Positions 47,054 through 57,307 of a stretch of 64,000 nt of DNA are shown here, piece by piece. Position 1 is the first letter of the stretch, and every line of letters begins with the position of its first letter. Position numbers and translations under genes: made by a program. Location: positions 2,782 to 66,781 of the forward strand of contig CAVDKC010000003.1 in NCBI GenBank assembly GCA_963609615.1, read 5' to 3'. The notes under the pieces are model-generated. The model was not told where the DNA came from. It worked only from the letters and a program-made list of their open reading frames with translations, and made no database searches. This stretch comes from Oribacterium sp. (GTDB lineage Bacteria; Bacteroidota; Bacteroidia; Bacteroidales; Bacteroidaceae).

Positions 47054-48133
47054 GTGATTGAATTAGAAAGACATATTGAAATACTACTCTTGAGCAACGA
47101 TTGCGTGATAGTCCCAGGTTTTGGCGGCTTCATGGCTCATCATGTAGATGCACGTTACGATGGCAGAGACAGCATGTTTCTTCCACCGCTTAGAACCATA
47201 GGCTTCAATCCACAGCTCCAAATGAACGACTCGCTCTTGGCTCTTTCGTATGTTGAGGCTTACGACATCAGCTATCCAGAGGCACTTAACCGCATCTGCG
47301 ATGAGGTGAACGAGATGCGTCAACACTTGGAGAACACTGGAAAATACGAGCTCAACGATATTGGCACTCTATTTCTCAACGAGGATGGCAACATTGGCTT
47401 CGAACCATGCGAAGCAGGAAGCTTGACCCCTGAACTTTACGGTTTGGGTGGCTTTGCCATGCGCCCACTTGCTGCATTGCCTACCACAGAAAACGCAGAA
47501 ATACAACCAGACAATCTTGCAGTTCACGACTCTACGGAAAGCAAGCCTATTGGTAAAAGCGAAGTTTCACCAACCGAAGCCTTTGGAGGCAATAGTATCT
47601 TCACCGAAGACGAAGAAGAAGACTCTTCTGCCGAATTTATCAGCATCAAAAAGAGTTGGCTGCGCAATATAGCTGCAGCTTGTATTGCCTTGATAGCCTT
47701 CTTTACCCTCTCTACCCCATTGGGTACACCGAAGGTACAGAAGAGCCAGATAGACACAGGACTCTTAACTCGCGTAATATCCAAGGAATTGACACAAACT
47801 TCCCATGAGTTAGTCCTGAATACCAACAAGCAACCTACTGAAGCACTAGTAGACAAAAAGAACAAGATGACACAAGACAATGAGTTGTCGACTCTTACAT
47901 CCACCTATTACAGCATTGTCTTGGCAAGCCGTGTTACCAAGCGTAACGCTGCAACTTACGTGGAATACCTTCAAGACAAGGGATTCAAGGATGCCCGCGT
48001 CTTGATAACCGCCAACAATGTAAAAGTCATCTATGGCACTTATAACACCGAGAGCGAAGCTTACTCCGCTCTCAACCGCCTACATAGTTATGAGGCGTTT
48101 ACCGATGGGTGGATAACCAAGGTCAAGGAGTAA
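47054..48133 (+). CDS. HU/CCDC81-like N-terminal domains + membrane helix + SPOR domain protein
   Basis: DCVIVPGFGGF, one membrane helix, C-terminal YSIVLAS..DGWI SPOR-like domain; GTG start. Confidence 0.8.
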   Translation: MIELERHIEILLLSNDCVIVPGFGGFMAHHVDARYDGRDSMFLPPLRTIGFNPQLQMNDSLLALSYVEAYDISYPEALNRICDEVNEMRQHLENTGKYELNDIGTLFLNEDGNIGFEPCEAGSLTPELYGLGGFAMRPLAALPTTENAEIQPDNLAVHDSTESKPIGKSEVSPTEAFGGNSIFTEDEEEDSSAEFISIKKSWLRNIAAACIALIAFFTLSTPLGTPKVQKSQIDTGLLTRVISKELTQTSHELVLNTNKQPTEALVDKKNKMTQDNELSTLTSTYYSIVLASRVTKRNAATYVEYLQDKGFKDARVLITANNVKVIYGTYNTESEAYSALNRLHSYEAFTDGWITKVKE

Positions 48134-48184
48134 TCCTTCTTTGGTTTTACCCCCTCACCTTTAATCAGCACAATTCAAAATCTT

Positions 48185-48730
48185 ATGAAACGAGTACGTT
48201 GCCCTAAATGCGACAATTTCATCACCTTCGATGAAACCAAATATCAGGCAGGTCAAAGCCTAGTTTTCGTTTGTCCTAACTGCAATAAACAGTTCGGCAT
48301 ACGTATGGGTGTATCCAAACTTCGCGAGACACGTAAAGAAGAACAGCTAGACGAGAAAGCCAACGAAAAGGGCTATGGCTCCATCGTAGTCATCGAGAAC
48401 GTATTCGCATACAAGCAGGTCATCCCCTTGCAGATGGGCGACAACATCATCGGCAGATATATGAAGAACAGCGGCATCAATTGCCCTATTGAGACCGTAG
48501 ACCCTAGTGTGGACATGAACCATTGTGTCATCAACGTAAACAGAGACAAGAAAGGCAAGTTGAAGTACGTGCTCCGTGACGGTCCTAGCTATACCGGCAC
48601 CTTCGTTGACAACGAAATATTGGGAGACAGAGAGCGCCGTGTCATCGAGGACGGCACCCTCTTTACTATCGGTGCAACCTCCATCATTCTTCGCACCGCA
48701 GACAACGAGGAAGAAAAACATAAATCCTAA
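48185..48730 (+). CDS. Zinc-ribbon + FHA domain protein
   Basis: CPKC..CPNC; NIIGR, HCVI, S.TGTF FHA pattern. Confidence 0.82.
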   Translation: MKRVRCPKCDNFITFDETKYQAGQSLVFVCPNCNKQFGIRMGVSKLRETRKEEQLDEKANEKGYGSIVVIENVFAYKQVIPLQMGDNIIGRYMKNSGINCPIETVDPSVDMNHCVINVNRDKKGKLKYVLRDGPSYTGTFVDNEILGDRERRVIEDGTLFTIGATSIILRTADNEEEKHKS

Positions 48731-48855
48731 GGTGAAGTACCTTCTTTTTATTATAAAGAAACACTTCACCGCCACCTTTACTTACTATCTGAAAGAAATT
48801 ACCGGCAAAAAACAATCTTTTTGCAAATATTTTCTTTTGATTGAAAGAAAATATG

Positions 48856-48863
48856 TACCTTTG
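48856..48863 (+). promoter_or_regulatory. -7 promoter box for the his-ftsE-lys operon
   Basis: TACCTTTG upstream of hisH. Confidence 0.75.
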
Positions 48864-48891
48864 CATCTGTAAACTCGAATTATGTTAGGTT

Positions 48892-49524
48892 ATGGATGTA
48901 GCAATTGTAAAATATAACGCAGGAAATATCTATTCCGTAGTCAACGCCATGAAGCGTCTGGGCATCTATCCCACACTTACCGATGATGCAGAGATGCTAC
49001 AGAAGGCAGATTGTGTCTTGTTTCCTGGGCAAGGTCAGGCTAGAGAAGCCATGGAATACTTGAAGGCTCATAAGCTGGACCAAGTCATCAAGAACCTGAA
49101 GCAACCAGTACTAGGCATCTGTGTGGGACAGCAATTACTCTGTCGACATTCGGAGGAAGGCGATGTAGACTGCATCGGTATCTTCGATGTAGACGTCAAG
49201 CGTTTCTGCCCACAGAGACACGAAGACAAGGTGCCTGCCATGGGATGGAACGAGATTTACGACCTAAAGACCCCTCTCTATAAAGGGTTTGGCGAAGGAA
49301 AGACAGATTTCGATGAAACAACGAAATCCCCCCTACTCCATCCCTACACCTATTTCGTACATAGCTACTATGTACCGATTTGTGAGGATACCATTGCTAA
49401 GGCAGACTACATACTCCCCTATAGTGCCTCGCTCCACAAGGAAAACTTCTACACATGCCAATTTCATCCAGAGAAAAGCGGTAATGTGGGAGAACAAATC
49501 CTAAGAAACTTTCTGGAGTTGTAA
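48892..49524 (+). CDS. hisH: Imidazole glycerol phosphate synthase, glutaminase subunit
   Basis: GICVGQQ, MGWN, YFVHSY, QFHPEKSG. Confidence 0.96.
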   Translation: MDVAIVKYNAGNIYSVVNAMKRLGIYPTLTDDAEMLQKADCVLFPGQGQAREAMEYLKAHKLDQVIKNLKQPVLGICVGQQLLCRHSEEGDVDCIGIFDVDVKRFCPQRHEDKVPAMGWNEIYDLKTPLYKGFGEGKTDFDETTKSPLLHPYTYFVHSYYVPICEDTIAKADYILPYSASLHKENFYTCQFHPEKSGNVGEQILRNFLEL

Positions 49525-49555
49525 TATCAAGTTTTATAACCAATATCAAAGAAAT

Positions 49556-50275
49556 ATGATAGAACTCATACCTGCCATCGACATCATTAACGGTCAGTGC
49601 GTACGCCTTACCAAGGGTGACTACAACCAAAAAAAGATATATAATGACAATCCTGCAGAAGTGGCAAAACACTTTGAGAATCTAGGGTTTAAGCGTCTGC
49701 ATGTAGTAGACCTCGATGGTGCCAAATCCAAGCATCTAGTGAATGAATCAGTACTAAGTGATATCACTACGAAGACATCACTTATAGTTGACTTTGGTGG
49801 AGGCATCAAGACCGAGGAAGACCTCGAGAAAGCCTTTGCCGCTGGTGCCGCAATGGTAACAGTAGGGAGCATCGCTGTCACCCAACCAGATTTATTTATC
49901 AAGTGGTTGGACAAATATGGAGCAGACAGACTCATCCTCGGTGCAGATGTTAGAAACGGTAAGATTTCTATCAACGGTTGGAAAGAGGATTCTGCGGAAG
50001 ACCTTCTACCCTTCCTCAAACAATATATAGACAGGGGTATAAAGAATGTGCTTTGTACAGAAATCAGCAAGGACGGCACCCTACAAGGCCCTGCCATCAA
50101 CCTATACAAAGAGATAATGGCTGCATATCCTCAGCTACATCTCATCGCCTCAGGCGGCGTTTCATGCAATAGGGACATTCAGGACCTAAATACAGCAGGC
50201 ATCCCGGCCGTAGTGTTCGGGAAGGCCTTCTATGAGGGAAGAATCAAGGTTGAGGAGTTAGATATCAGGAGTTAG
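49556..50275 (+). CDS. hisA: ProFAR isomerase
   Basis: IPAIDI..G.CVRL.KG, LHVVDLDGA, SKDGTLQG, IASGG. Confidence 0.96.
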   Translation: MIELIPAIDIINGQCVRLTKGDYNQKKIYNDNPAEVAKHFENLGFKRLHVVDLDGAKSKHLVNESVLSDITTKTSLIVDFGGGIKTEEDLEKAFAAGAAMVTVGSIAVTQPDLFIKWLDKYGADRLILGADVRNGKISINGWKEDSAEDLLPFLKQYIDRGIKNVLCTEISKDGTLQGPAINLYKEIMAAYPQLHLIASGGVSCNRDIQDLNTAGIPAVVFGKAFYEGRIKVEELDIRS

Positions 50276-50279
50276 AAGT
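50252..50279. repeat. Short heptamer array (TAGGAGT family) at the hisA 3' end
   Basis: GAGGAGT TAGATAT CAGGAGT TAGAAGT. Confidence 0.5.
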
Positions 50280-50308
50280 TTTAGATTCCAAAACTAAAGG
50301 TTTGAATT

Positions 50309-51088
50309 ATGGTTGAACTAACAAGAAGCAAAGGCTTGGCAAAACGTATTATTCCATGCCTCGACGTGAAGAACGGCGAGACGGTGAAAGGTACGAATTT
50401 CGTAAATCTGAGAAGTGCGGGCGACCCCGTAGAGCTAGGGAAAGCTTATAGTGACGCAGGAGCCGATGAACTGGTATTCCTCGACATTACTGCCAGTTTC
50501 GAGGAGCGCAAGACCTTTACCGCCATGGTAACTCGTGTAGCAGCAGAAATAAACATCCCTTTTACCGTGGGCGGCGGCATCAACGAACTAAAGGATGTAG
50601 ACCGCCTGCTCAACGCCGGTGCCGACAAGGTAAGTATCAACAGTGCTGCCATCAGACATCCCGAACTCATCAACGAGATTACGAGTCACTATGGCTCCCA
50701 AGTATGCGTATGCGCCATAGATGCCAGACTCGACGCCGACGGTTGGCACTGCTATGTGAAAGGTGGCCGAGAACGAGTGGAACTAGGCTTATTTGACTGG
50801 GCCAAGGAAGTAGCAGACCGAGGAGCTGGCGAAATTCTATTCACTAGCATGGATCATGATGGCGTAAAGCAAGGATTTGCCAATGAAGCCTTAGCTAGAC
50901 TGGCAGAAGAGGTAAGCATCCCTATCATTGCATCGGGTGGTGCCGGTAAGATAGAGCATTTCCGTGATGCCTTCATCCAAGGAAAGGCTGATGCTACACT
51001 TGCAGCCAGTGTATTCCATTTCGGAGAAATCACAATCCCCGAACTAAAGAAATATCTGAGAGAGGAAGACATCAATGTAAGAATCTAG
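50309..51088 (+). CDS. hisF: Imidazole glycerol phosphate synthase, cyclase subunit
   Basis: [34 protein letters not shown]. Confidence 0.97.
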   Translation: MVELTRSKGLAKRIIPCLDVKNGETVKGTNFVNLRSAGDPVELGKAYSDAGADELVFLDITASFEERKTFTAMVTRVAAEINIPFTVGGGINELKDVDRLLNAGADKVSINSAAIRHPELINEITSHYGSQVCVCAIDARLDADGWHCYVKGGRERVELGLFDWAKEVADRGAGEILFTSMDHDGVKQGFANEALARLAEEVSIPIIASGGAGKIEHFRDAFIQGKADATLAASVFHFGEITIPELKKYLREEDINVRI

Positions 51089-51154
51089 AATAAACATTCG
51101 TTTATCTGATTTTTTAGACATAAGGATAAAGTATAAAATACAACTTAAGATACA

Positions 51155-51802
51155 ATGGAAATAGATTTTGAAAAAATGGACGGACTTGTTCCAGCCATTA
51201 TCCAAGACGCTATAACAAAAAACGTCTTGATGCTAGGCTTCATGAACAAGGAAGCATACGATAAGACCATAAAAACCAATAGGGTGACTTTCTGGAGTAG
51301 ATCTCGTAATTGCCTTTGGACAAAAGGCGAAACATCGGGCAACTACCTCAATCTCGTAAGTATACAGAATGACTGCGACCACGACACCTTATTAATAAAA
51401 GTACACCCAGACGGTCCAACCTGCCATAAAGGCACAGATACATGTTGGGGCGAGGTAAATGAACTAAACCCTATCCTTTTCCTCTCTGAGCTACAAGACT
51501 TCATCGACAAACGCCATGAAGAGATGCCTGAGGGAAGCTATACCACGAGCCTCTTCAAAAAAGGAGTCAACAAAATGGCACAGAAAGTGGGCGAAGAAGC
51601 TGTAGAGACTATCATTGAGGCTACAAACGGAAACAATGAGAAATTGGTCTACGAATCTTCCGACCTACTCTATCACCTCATTGTACTACTTACTGGCAAG
51701 GGCTTGCGCATCGAAGATGTAGTCAAGGAATTACAAATGCGTCATGACCCTGAATGGGACAAGAAACGCCGCCTAGCCAAGAGCAAAGACGAAATGAAAT
51801 AA
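51155..51802 (+). CDS. hisIE: Bifunctional PR-AMP cyclohydrolase / PR-ATP pyrophosphatase
   Basis: WTKGETSGN, DCDHD, TCHKG, QKVGEEAVE, DLLYH. Confidence 0.96.
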   Translation: MEIDFEKMDGLVPAIIQDAITKNVLMLGFMNKEAYDKTIKTNRVTFWSRSRNCLWTKGETSGNYLNLVSIQNDCDHDTLLIKVHPDGPTCHKGTDTCWGEVNELNPILFLSELQDFIDKRHEEMPEGSYTTSLFKKGVNKMAQKVGEEAVETIIEATNGNNEKLVYESSDLLYHLIVLLTGKGLRIEDVVKELQMRHDPEWDKKRRLAKSKDEMK

Positions 51803-51877
51803 ACTTTTTCCTAGCGTATTAACATACAAAAGCGCAGGGATATAACATCTCATTATACCAAAACACAGAAAAAAAAC

Positions 51878-52594
51878 ATGTTAATAGACTATCAAAACGT
51901 AAGCATATACCAAGCCGACAAGTGCGTTCTCAAGGATGTCAACTTCCACATTGACGAAGGAGAGTTCGCTTATCTCATTGGCAAAGTAGGTTCTGGTAAA
52001 AGTTCACTTCTAAAAACCCTATACTGCGAACTTGACCTCGTGGAGGGAGAGACGGAAAAAGCTATAATTCTAGACAGAAACCTCAAGACCATTAAGCGCA
52101 AAGAGATACCCGCCTTACGAAAAGAACTGGGCATCATCTTCCAAGACTTCCAATTACTCCATGACCGCACAGTACGCAAGAATTTTGAATTCGTACTCAA
52201 GGCAACAGGCTGGAAAGGCAAGAAAGAGATAGAGAAACGCATTGAGGAAGTGCTCGGCGAAGTAGGAATGATAGAGAAAATAGACAAGATGCCTCATGAA
52301 CTCTCGGGTGGCGAACAGCAACGTGTAGCGATAGCTCGTGCCCTCCTCAATAACCCGAAGGTTATCATCGCAGACGAGCCTACAGGCAACCTCGATCCTG
52401 AGACCGCAAGCCATATTGTGAATTTGCTGAAAAACATTACCAAACAAGGCACAGCCGTAGTAATGACCACTCACAATATCCCTATGCTCGACAAATACCC
52501 AGGCATTGTATACCGTTGCAAGGACGGAGTACTCTATGATGTAACTCGCGAATACAACCAAATCGACTTGAGCGAGGACGGTGAAGAAAATTAA
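51878..52594 (+). CDS. ftsE: Cell-division ABC ATPase FtsE
   Basis: [34 protein letters not shown]. Confidence 0.85.
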   Translation: MLIDYQNVSIYQADKCVLKDVNFHIDEGEFAYLIGKVGSGKSSLLKTLYCELDLVEGETEKAIILDRNLKTIKRKEIPALRKELGIIFQDFQLLHDRTVRKNFEFVLKATGWKGKKEIEKRIEEVLGEVGMIEKIDKMPHELSGGEQQRVAIARALLNNPKVIIADEPTGNLDPETASHIVNLLKNITKQGTAVVMTTHNIPMLDKYPGIVYRCKDGVLYDVTREYNQIDLSEDGEEN

Positions 52595-52674
52595 GCAAAG
52601 AACGAAGAGTGACAGTCTCAGCACCCATATATAATCAGAAATTATAAAAATTAAACATTAAAAATATTACGACT

Positions 52675-53994
52675 ATGAAGGTAATGAAATTCGGAGGAAC
52701 TTCCGTAGGCTCACCAGAGCGCATGAAGGGAGTAGCCTCTTTGATTACAGAATCAGGTGAGCCAACTTTCATCGTACTTTCTGCGATGAGCGGTACAACA
52801 AACTCTCTCGTTGAAATCTCTGACTACCTCTACAAGAAGAACCCTGAGGGCGCCAACGAAGTAATCAACCAACTGGAGAAGAAATACATGCTGCACGTAG
52901 AAGAGCTTTACTCTACCGAAGAGGCAAAGAAGAACACACGTGAGTTCCTGCATGGAGAGTTCGACTATCTTCGTTCCTTCACCAAAGACCTTTTTACTTC
53001 TTTCGAAGAGAAGAGCATCGTGGCACAAGGTGAGATTATAAGCACCAACATGGTTGTAAACTACTTGAATGAACAAGGCGTAAAAGCAATATTGCTCAAC
53101 GCTTTAGACTTCATGCGCACAGATAAGAATGCAGAGCCAGACCCTCAGTACATTAAAGAAAAGCTTGCAGCCATCATGGAACAAAATCAGGGCTATCAAA
53201 TCTACATTACCCAGGGCTTCATTTGCCGCAATGCATATGGTGAGGTAGATAATTTGCAACGTGGTGGCAGCGACTATACGGCCTCTCTCATAGGTGCAGC
53301 ACTGCCAGCCGATGAGATTCAGATTTGGACAGACATCGACGGTATGCACAACAATGACCCACGCATCGTAGAGCATACAGAGGCTGTACGCCAGCTCAAC
53401 TTCGAGGAAGCTGCCGAATTAGCTTACTTCGGTGCCAAGATTCTCCACCCTACTTGCGTCCAACCAGCCAAATATGCCGGCATCCCAGTTCGCCTGAAGA
53501 ACACCATGGACCCTAAGGCAGACGGAACCATCATCGACAATGTCATCGTACGTGGTAAAATCAAGGCTGTAGCCGCTAAAGACAACATTACAGCCATAAA
53601 AATCAAGAGTAGCCGCATGTTGCTCGCCACGGGCTTCTTGCGCAAGGTATTCGAAATTTTCGAGAGTTACCAGACTCCTATCGACATGATAGCCACCTCA
53701 GAAGTAGGTGTAAGCATGAGTATCGACAATGATGCCCATCTCAACGATATCGTCAACGAATTGAAGAAGTATGGCACCGTGACTGTAGATTCTGACATGT
53801 GCATCATCTGTGTAGTAGGAGACTTAGACTGGAGTAACGTTGGCTTTGAGACCATCGCTACAGAGGCTATGAAGAATATCCCAGTGCGCATGATTTCTTA
53901 TGGTGGCAGCAACTATAACATCTCATTCCTCATCAGAGAGAAAGACAAGAAACAGGCATTACAGAACTTGAGCAACATGCTCTTCGAGAAATAA
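52675..53994 (+). CDS. lysC: Aspartate kinase
   Basis: MKFGGTSVG, RGGSDYTA, ELAYFGAKILHP, ACT domains. Confidence 0.95.
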   Translation: MKVMKFGGTSVGSPERMKGVASLITESGEPTFIVLSAMSGTTNSLVEISDYLYKKNPEGANEVINQLEKKYMLHVEELYSTEEAKKNTREFLHGEFDYLRSFTKDLFTSFEEKSIVAQGEIISTNMVVNYLNEQGVKAILLNALDFMRTDKNAEPDPQYIKEKLAAIMEQNQGYQIYITQGFICRNAYGEVDNLQRGGSDYTASLIGAALPADEIQIWTDIDGMHNNDPRIVEHTEAVRQLNFEEAAELAYFGAKILHPTCVQPAKYAGIPVRLKNTMDPKADGTIIDNVIVRGKIKAVAAKDNITAIKIKSSRMLLATGFLRKVFEIFESYQTPIDMIATSEVGVSMSIDNDAHLNDIVNELKKYGTVTVDSDMCIICVVGDLDWSNVGFETIATEAMKNIPVRMISYGGSNYNISFLIREKDKKQALQNLSNMLFEK

Positions 53995-54035
53995 AAACAA
54001 GGTATACTATAATACACATATATATTAAGAGTAAT

Positions 54036-55193
54036 ATGAAAGGAACATTTCCTATAGATAAGTTTCAGAAGATACAGACTCCGTTCTACTATTATGACAC
54101 TGCCGTGTTGCGCCAAACATTGAAGACTATCAATGAAGAAGCTGGCAAGCATGCGGGTTTTGAGGTACACTATGCTGTGAAGGCAAACGCCAACCCTAAA
54201 GTACTCAACATCATTTGTCAGGCAGGTCTAGGTGCCGATTGTGTAAGCGGCGGAGAGATACAAGCTGCCATCAACGCAGGATTTCCAGCCAACAAGATTG
54301 TGTATGCAGGTGTAGGCAAAAGCGATTGGGAGATTAATCTCGGATTGGAAAAGGGCATTTTCTGCTTTAATGTAGAAAGTATTCCTGAATTAGAGATTAT
54401 CAACGAACTCGCACAGAAACAAAACCGAATAGCACAAGTATGCTTCCGCATCAATCCAGATGTGGGCGCACATACCCATGCCAACATAACTACGGGTCTT
54501 GCAGAAAACAAGTTTGGTATCGCCATGCAAGACATGGAAAACGTTATCGAAGAGGCTGCACAGATGAAGAACGTCAAGTTCTTGGGCTTACACTTTCACA
54601 TTGGCAGTCAAATACTTGACATGACTGACTTCGAGGCTCTCTGCAACCGCATCAACGATTTACAAGACCAACTGGAAAACCACCATATCGAGGTAAAGAA
54701 CATCAACGTAGGTGGCGGACTCGGTATCGATTACAACCATCCTAACCGTGTGCCTATCCCAGACTTCAAGGCCTACTTCGACACCTACGCAAAGTTCTTG
54801 AAACTACGTGACGGACAGAAATTGCACTTCGAATTGGGGCGTGCTGTAGTTGGGCAAATGGGTACACTCATCACCAAGACCCTCTATGTAAAGCAAGGAA
54901 CAGCCAAGCAGTTTGCCATCGTCGATGCCGGCATGACCGACTTGATTCGCCCTGCCCTCTACCAAGCATACCACAAGATAGAGAACATATCCAGCAACGA
55001 TCCGGTAGAGACATATGACATAGTAGGTCCTATCTGCGAATCTAGCGATGTTTTTGGCAAGGCAATCGACCTCAACAAGTGTCATCGTAACGACCTGATA
55101 GCCCTTCGCTCTGCTGGAGCATACGGCGAAATCATGGCGAGCCAATACAACTGCCGCCAGTTGCCTAAAGGCTACATCACAGAAGATCTTTAA
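54036..55193 (+). CDS. lysA: Diaminopimelate decarboxylase
   Basis: YAVKAN, HFHIGSQ, GGGLG, GPICESSD, GAYG. Confidence 0.96.
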   Translation: MKGTFPIDKFQKIQTPFYYYDTAVLRQTLKTINEEAGKHAGFEVHYAVKANANPKVLNIICQAGLGADCVSGGEIQAAINAGFPANKIVYAGVGKSDWEINLGLEKGIFCFNVESIPELEIINELAQKQNRIAQVCFRINPDVGAHTHANITTGLAENKFGIAMQDMENVIEEAAQMKNVKFLGLHFHIGSQILDMTDFEALCNRINDLQDQLENHHIEVKNINVGGGLGIDYNHPNRVPIPDFKAYFDTYAKFLKLRDGQKLHFELGRAVVGQMGTLITKTLYVKQGTAKQFAIVDAGMTDLIRPALYQAYHKIENISSNDPVETYDIVGPICESSDVFGKAIDLNKCHRNDLIALRSAGAYGEIMASQYNCRQLPKGYITEDL

Positions 55194-55201
55194 TAAAAAT
55201 G

Positions 55202-55253
55202 AGAAGCAAGGGGAGTTTCTTTCTGAAAAGGAAGAAACCCTCTGCTTCTTTTT
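55202..55253 (+). terminator. Probable terminator after lysA
   Basis: AGAAGCA..GGG..TTTCTT / AAGAAACCCTCTGCTTCT imperfect stem followed by Ts. Confidence 0.6.
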
Positions 55254-55274
55254 CATCGTGACGAGAAAAAAGAA

Positions 55275-56465
55275 ATGATAACAATTAGTTTGACTACTTT
55301 AATCGCTGGCGCAGCAATGGTAGTATTGGCTATCCTCGGTTCGCTGATAAATCCATTCCTGCGCTCGTTGCGCTTTCCTGTGGAAACGTATCAACAGGAT
55401 GAGACTACAGGAGAAGAGGCGGAAACCATTTCAGCTAACGGCACGGAACAACAGCCCATTACGGTACTGATTACCGCCTATAACAACAAGGCAGAACTAG
55501 AGCGCAATCTCCCTATATTCCTGAAGCAGCAATATGCAGTAGACTACCAGATTATCGTAGTTTGCCAAAGCACTGACAGCGAGACCATCGACTACCTGAA
55601 GCGCACAGCTGCTACAAACCCACGCCTCTATTATACATACATACCCGAGAGTTCGCGCTATATGAGCCGCAAGAAACTGCAAATTACATTGGGAGTAAAG
55701 GCGGCAAAATACGAATGGATTATTCTGACAGAGCCTACCTGCAAGCCAGACAACCCTTTTTGGCTATCCGCCATGTCGGCCCAATGCCAAGAGCCCAACC
55801 ATCTGGTGCTAGGTTATGTGAAGCTGTCCGAAGAGACCAAGGGAGTTAGACGTTTCGAAAATATCCGCAAAGCATTCTATGTACTCCGGCGTGCACAACG
55901 CAGTTATGGCTATCGCAGCCATATGCCAAACGTAGCTTTCCGAAAGAGCGACTTCCTGAGAGAACAGGGCTTTCAAGGAAATCTGGAATACGTACGAAGT
56001 GAATATGATTTTCTTGTCAACAAGTATGCACAATATGGAGATACCGCCGTGGAGTTGGCTCCCAACGCTTGGCTCACACAGGAAGAACCTACAGACAAGT
56101 CTTGGCACAATGCCAACCTCTACCTGCAAGCATCCCGCAAGTCGATGAAGCGAGTAGCATCCATGCAGGCACTGATGTTTTTCGACCATCTTATGCCGCA
56201 CCTTTGCCTCATAGTCTCCATCGCTACATTAAGCATAGCCATCATCGACAAGAACTGGATACTGGCAGGTTGCGCTGCTTTTGCCCTCCTGCTGCTCTTC
56301 TTGCTCCGCATGGTGATTGCCCACCGAGCTATACGCCATTTCGACAGTAGCATGAGCATCATCAAGTTGCCATTCTATGAATATGGTATCGTTTGGCGTA
56401 ACTTAGCCACCAAGATAAGATACTGGAAAGCAGACAAAAACGACTTTACCAGCCACAAGCTATAA
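55275..56465 (+). CDS. GT2-fold membrane glycosyltransferase-like protein (degenerate DxD)
   Basis: ITVLITAYN, YQIIVV, KKLQITLG..AAKYEWIILTE; N- and C-terminal membrane helices. Confidence 0.72.
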   Translation: MITISLTTLIAGAAMVVLAILGSLINPFLRSLRFPVETYQQDETTGEEAETISANGTEQQPITVLITAYNNKAELERNLPIFLKQQYAVDYQIIVVCQSTDSETIDYLKRTAATNPRLYYTYIPESSRYMSRKKLQITLGVKAAKYEWIILTEPTCKPDNPFWLSAMSAQCQEPNHLVLGYVKLSEETKGVRRFENIRKAFYVLRRAQRSYGYRSHMPNVAFRKSDFLREQGFQGNLEYVRSEYDFLVNKYAQYGDTAVELAPNAWLTQEEPTDKSWHNANLYLQASRKSMKRVASMQALMFFDHLMPHLCLIVSIATLSIAIIDKNWILAGCAAFALLLLFLLRMVIAHRAIRHFDSSMSIIKLPFYEYGIVWRNLATKIRYWKADKNDFTSHKL

Positions 56466-56482
56466 CTTAACCCCCAAAAAAG

Positions 56483-57256
56483 ATGAAAGTATATTTGTTC
56501 ATTTCCAAAGAGAAAAAAATGCAGAAGATGTACTTGCCATACATAGAAGCACTCTGCCAACAATTCGACACCACCAAGGACTTGACTGATGCCGATATTA
56601 TGTTGATACTTGGAGCATGGACAATAAAAGGCGCCCAACTGGCTCGACAGGCCCAAAAGATGGGCATTCCATATATCGTTTGCCCATTAGGAGACATTTC
56701 TAACAGGAACTGCCATAATCCCTACCTGAAACGTAGGCTCCAGACTATGGGTTACCAAAAGACCATGTACAGGAATGCTTCACTTATCATAGTCACGACT
56801 CCAAAAGAAAAAGACTATCTAAGCACCCTAAATTGGAACAAGTCTGTCAGACTGATACGTTACTTCGGATACAGTCATCTCACTACGGAAGAGTGCATGA
56901 TAGAAGATTGGAATGGCGTAAACGCCACCACACTCTCTAACCTAGAACTACACAAGGCAGAGGTAATAGCATCACAAACCAAGAATCCTATTATCGCTCA
57001 AATCATGCAAATCAAGAGTAGGATGCCTCACCAAAACATTCCTCAAAAATATCTGGATGACTTACACACCCTACTTTATGCGGATGATTATGACGAGGAT
57101 GCCATCAACGAAGAACTTGACAGGCTCAAACTCTCCAAATATGCAGCAGCAGTATTCCAAGCCATGACAGAAAAAACTGGGCTTACCGAAGGCTTCATGC
57201 CACAGCCTGCCCTAAAAGGCAGGAAGAGCAAAGAGATACTGAAATATGTAAAATAA
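56483..57256 (+). CDS. Hypothetical protein with GT4 N-terminal-like region
   Basis: KMGIPYIVCPLG and YRNASLIIVTT resemble the GT-B N-domain; only 257 aa. Confidence 0.6.
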   Translation: MKVYLFISKEKKMQKMYLPYIEALCQQFDTTKDLTDADIMLILGAWTIKGAQLARQAQKMGIPYIVCPLGDISNRNCHNPYLKRRLQTMGYQKTMYRNASLIIVTTPKEKDYLSTLNWNKSVRLIRYFGYSHLTTEECMIEDWNGVNATTLSNLELHKAEVIASQTKNPIIAQIMQIKSRMPHQNIPQKYLDDLHTLLYADDYDEDAINEELDRLKLSKYAAAVFQAMTEKTGLTEGFMPQPALKGRKSKEILKYVK

Positions 57257-57262
57257 GATAGC

Positions 57263-57302
57263 GAAAGAGGCTTCTGTAAATCACTTTACAAAAGCCTCTT
57301 TC
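57263..57302. terminator. Bidirectional terminator between convergent genes
   Basis: GAAAGAGGCTTCTGTAAA / TTTACAAAAGCCTCTTTC. Confidence 0.82.
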
Positions 57303-57307
57303 ACTTT

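Noticed and set aside
51878..52594. ftsE without adjacent ftsX as a novelty
   Set aside because: As I recall, hisIE-ftsE-lysC-lysA is the usual Bacteroidales gene order, with ftsX elsewhere.
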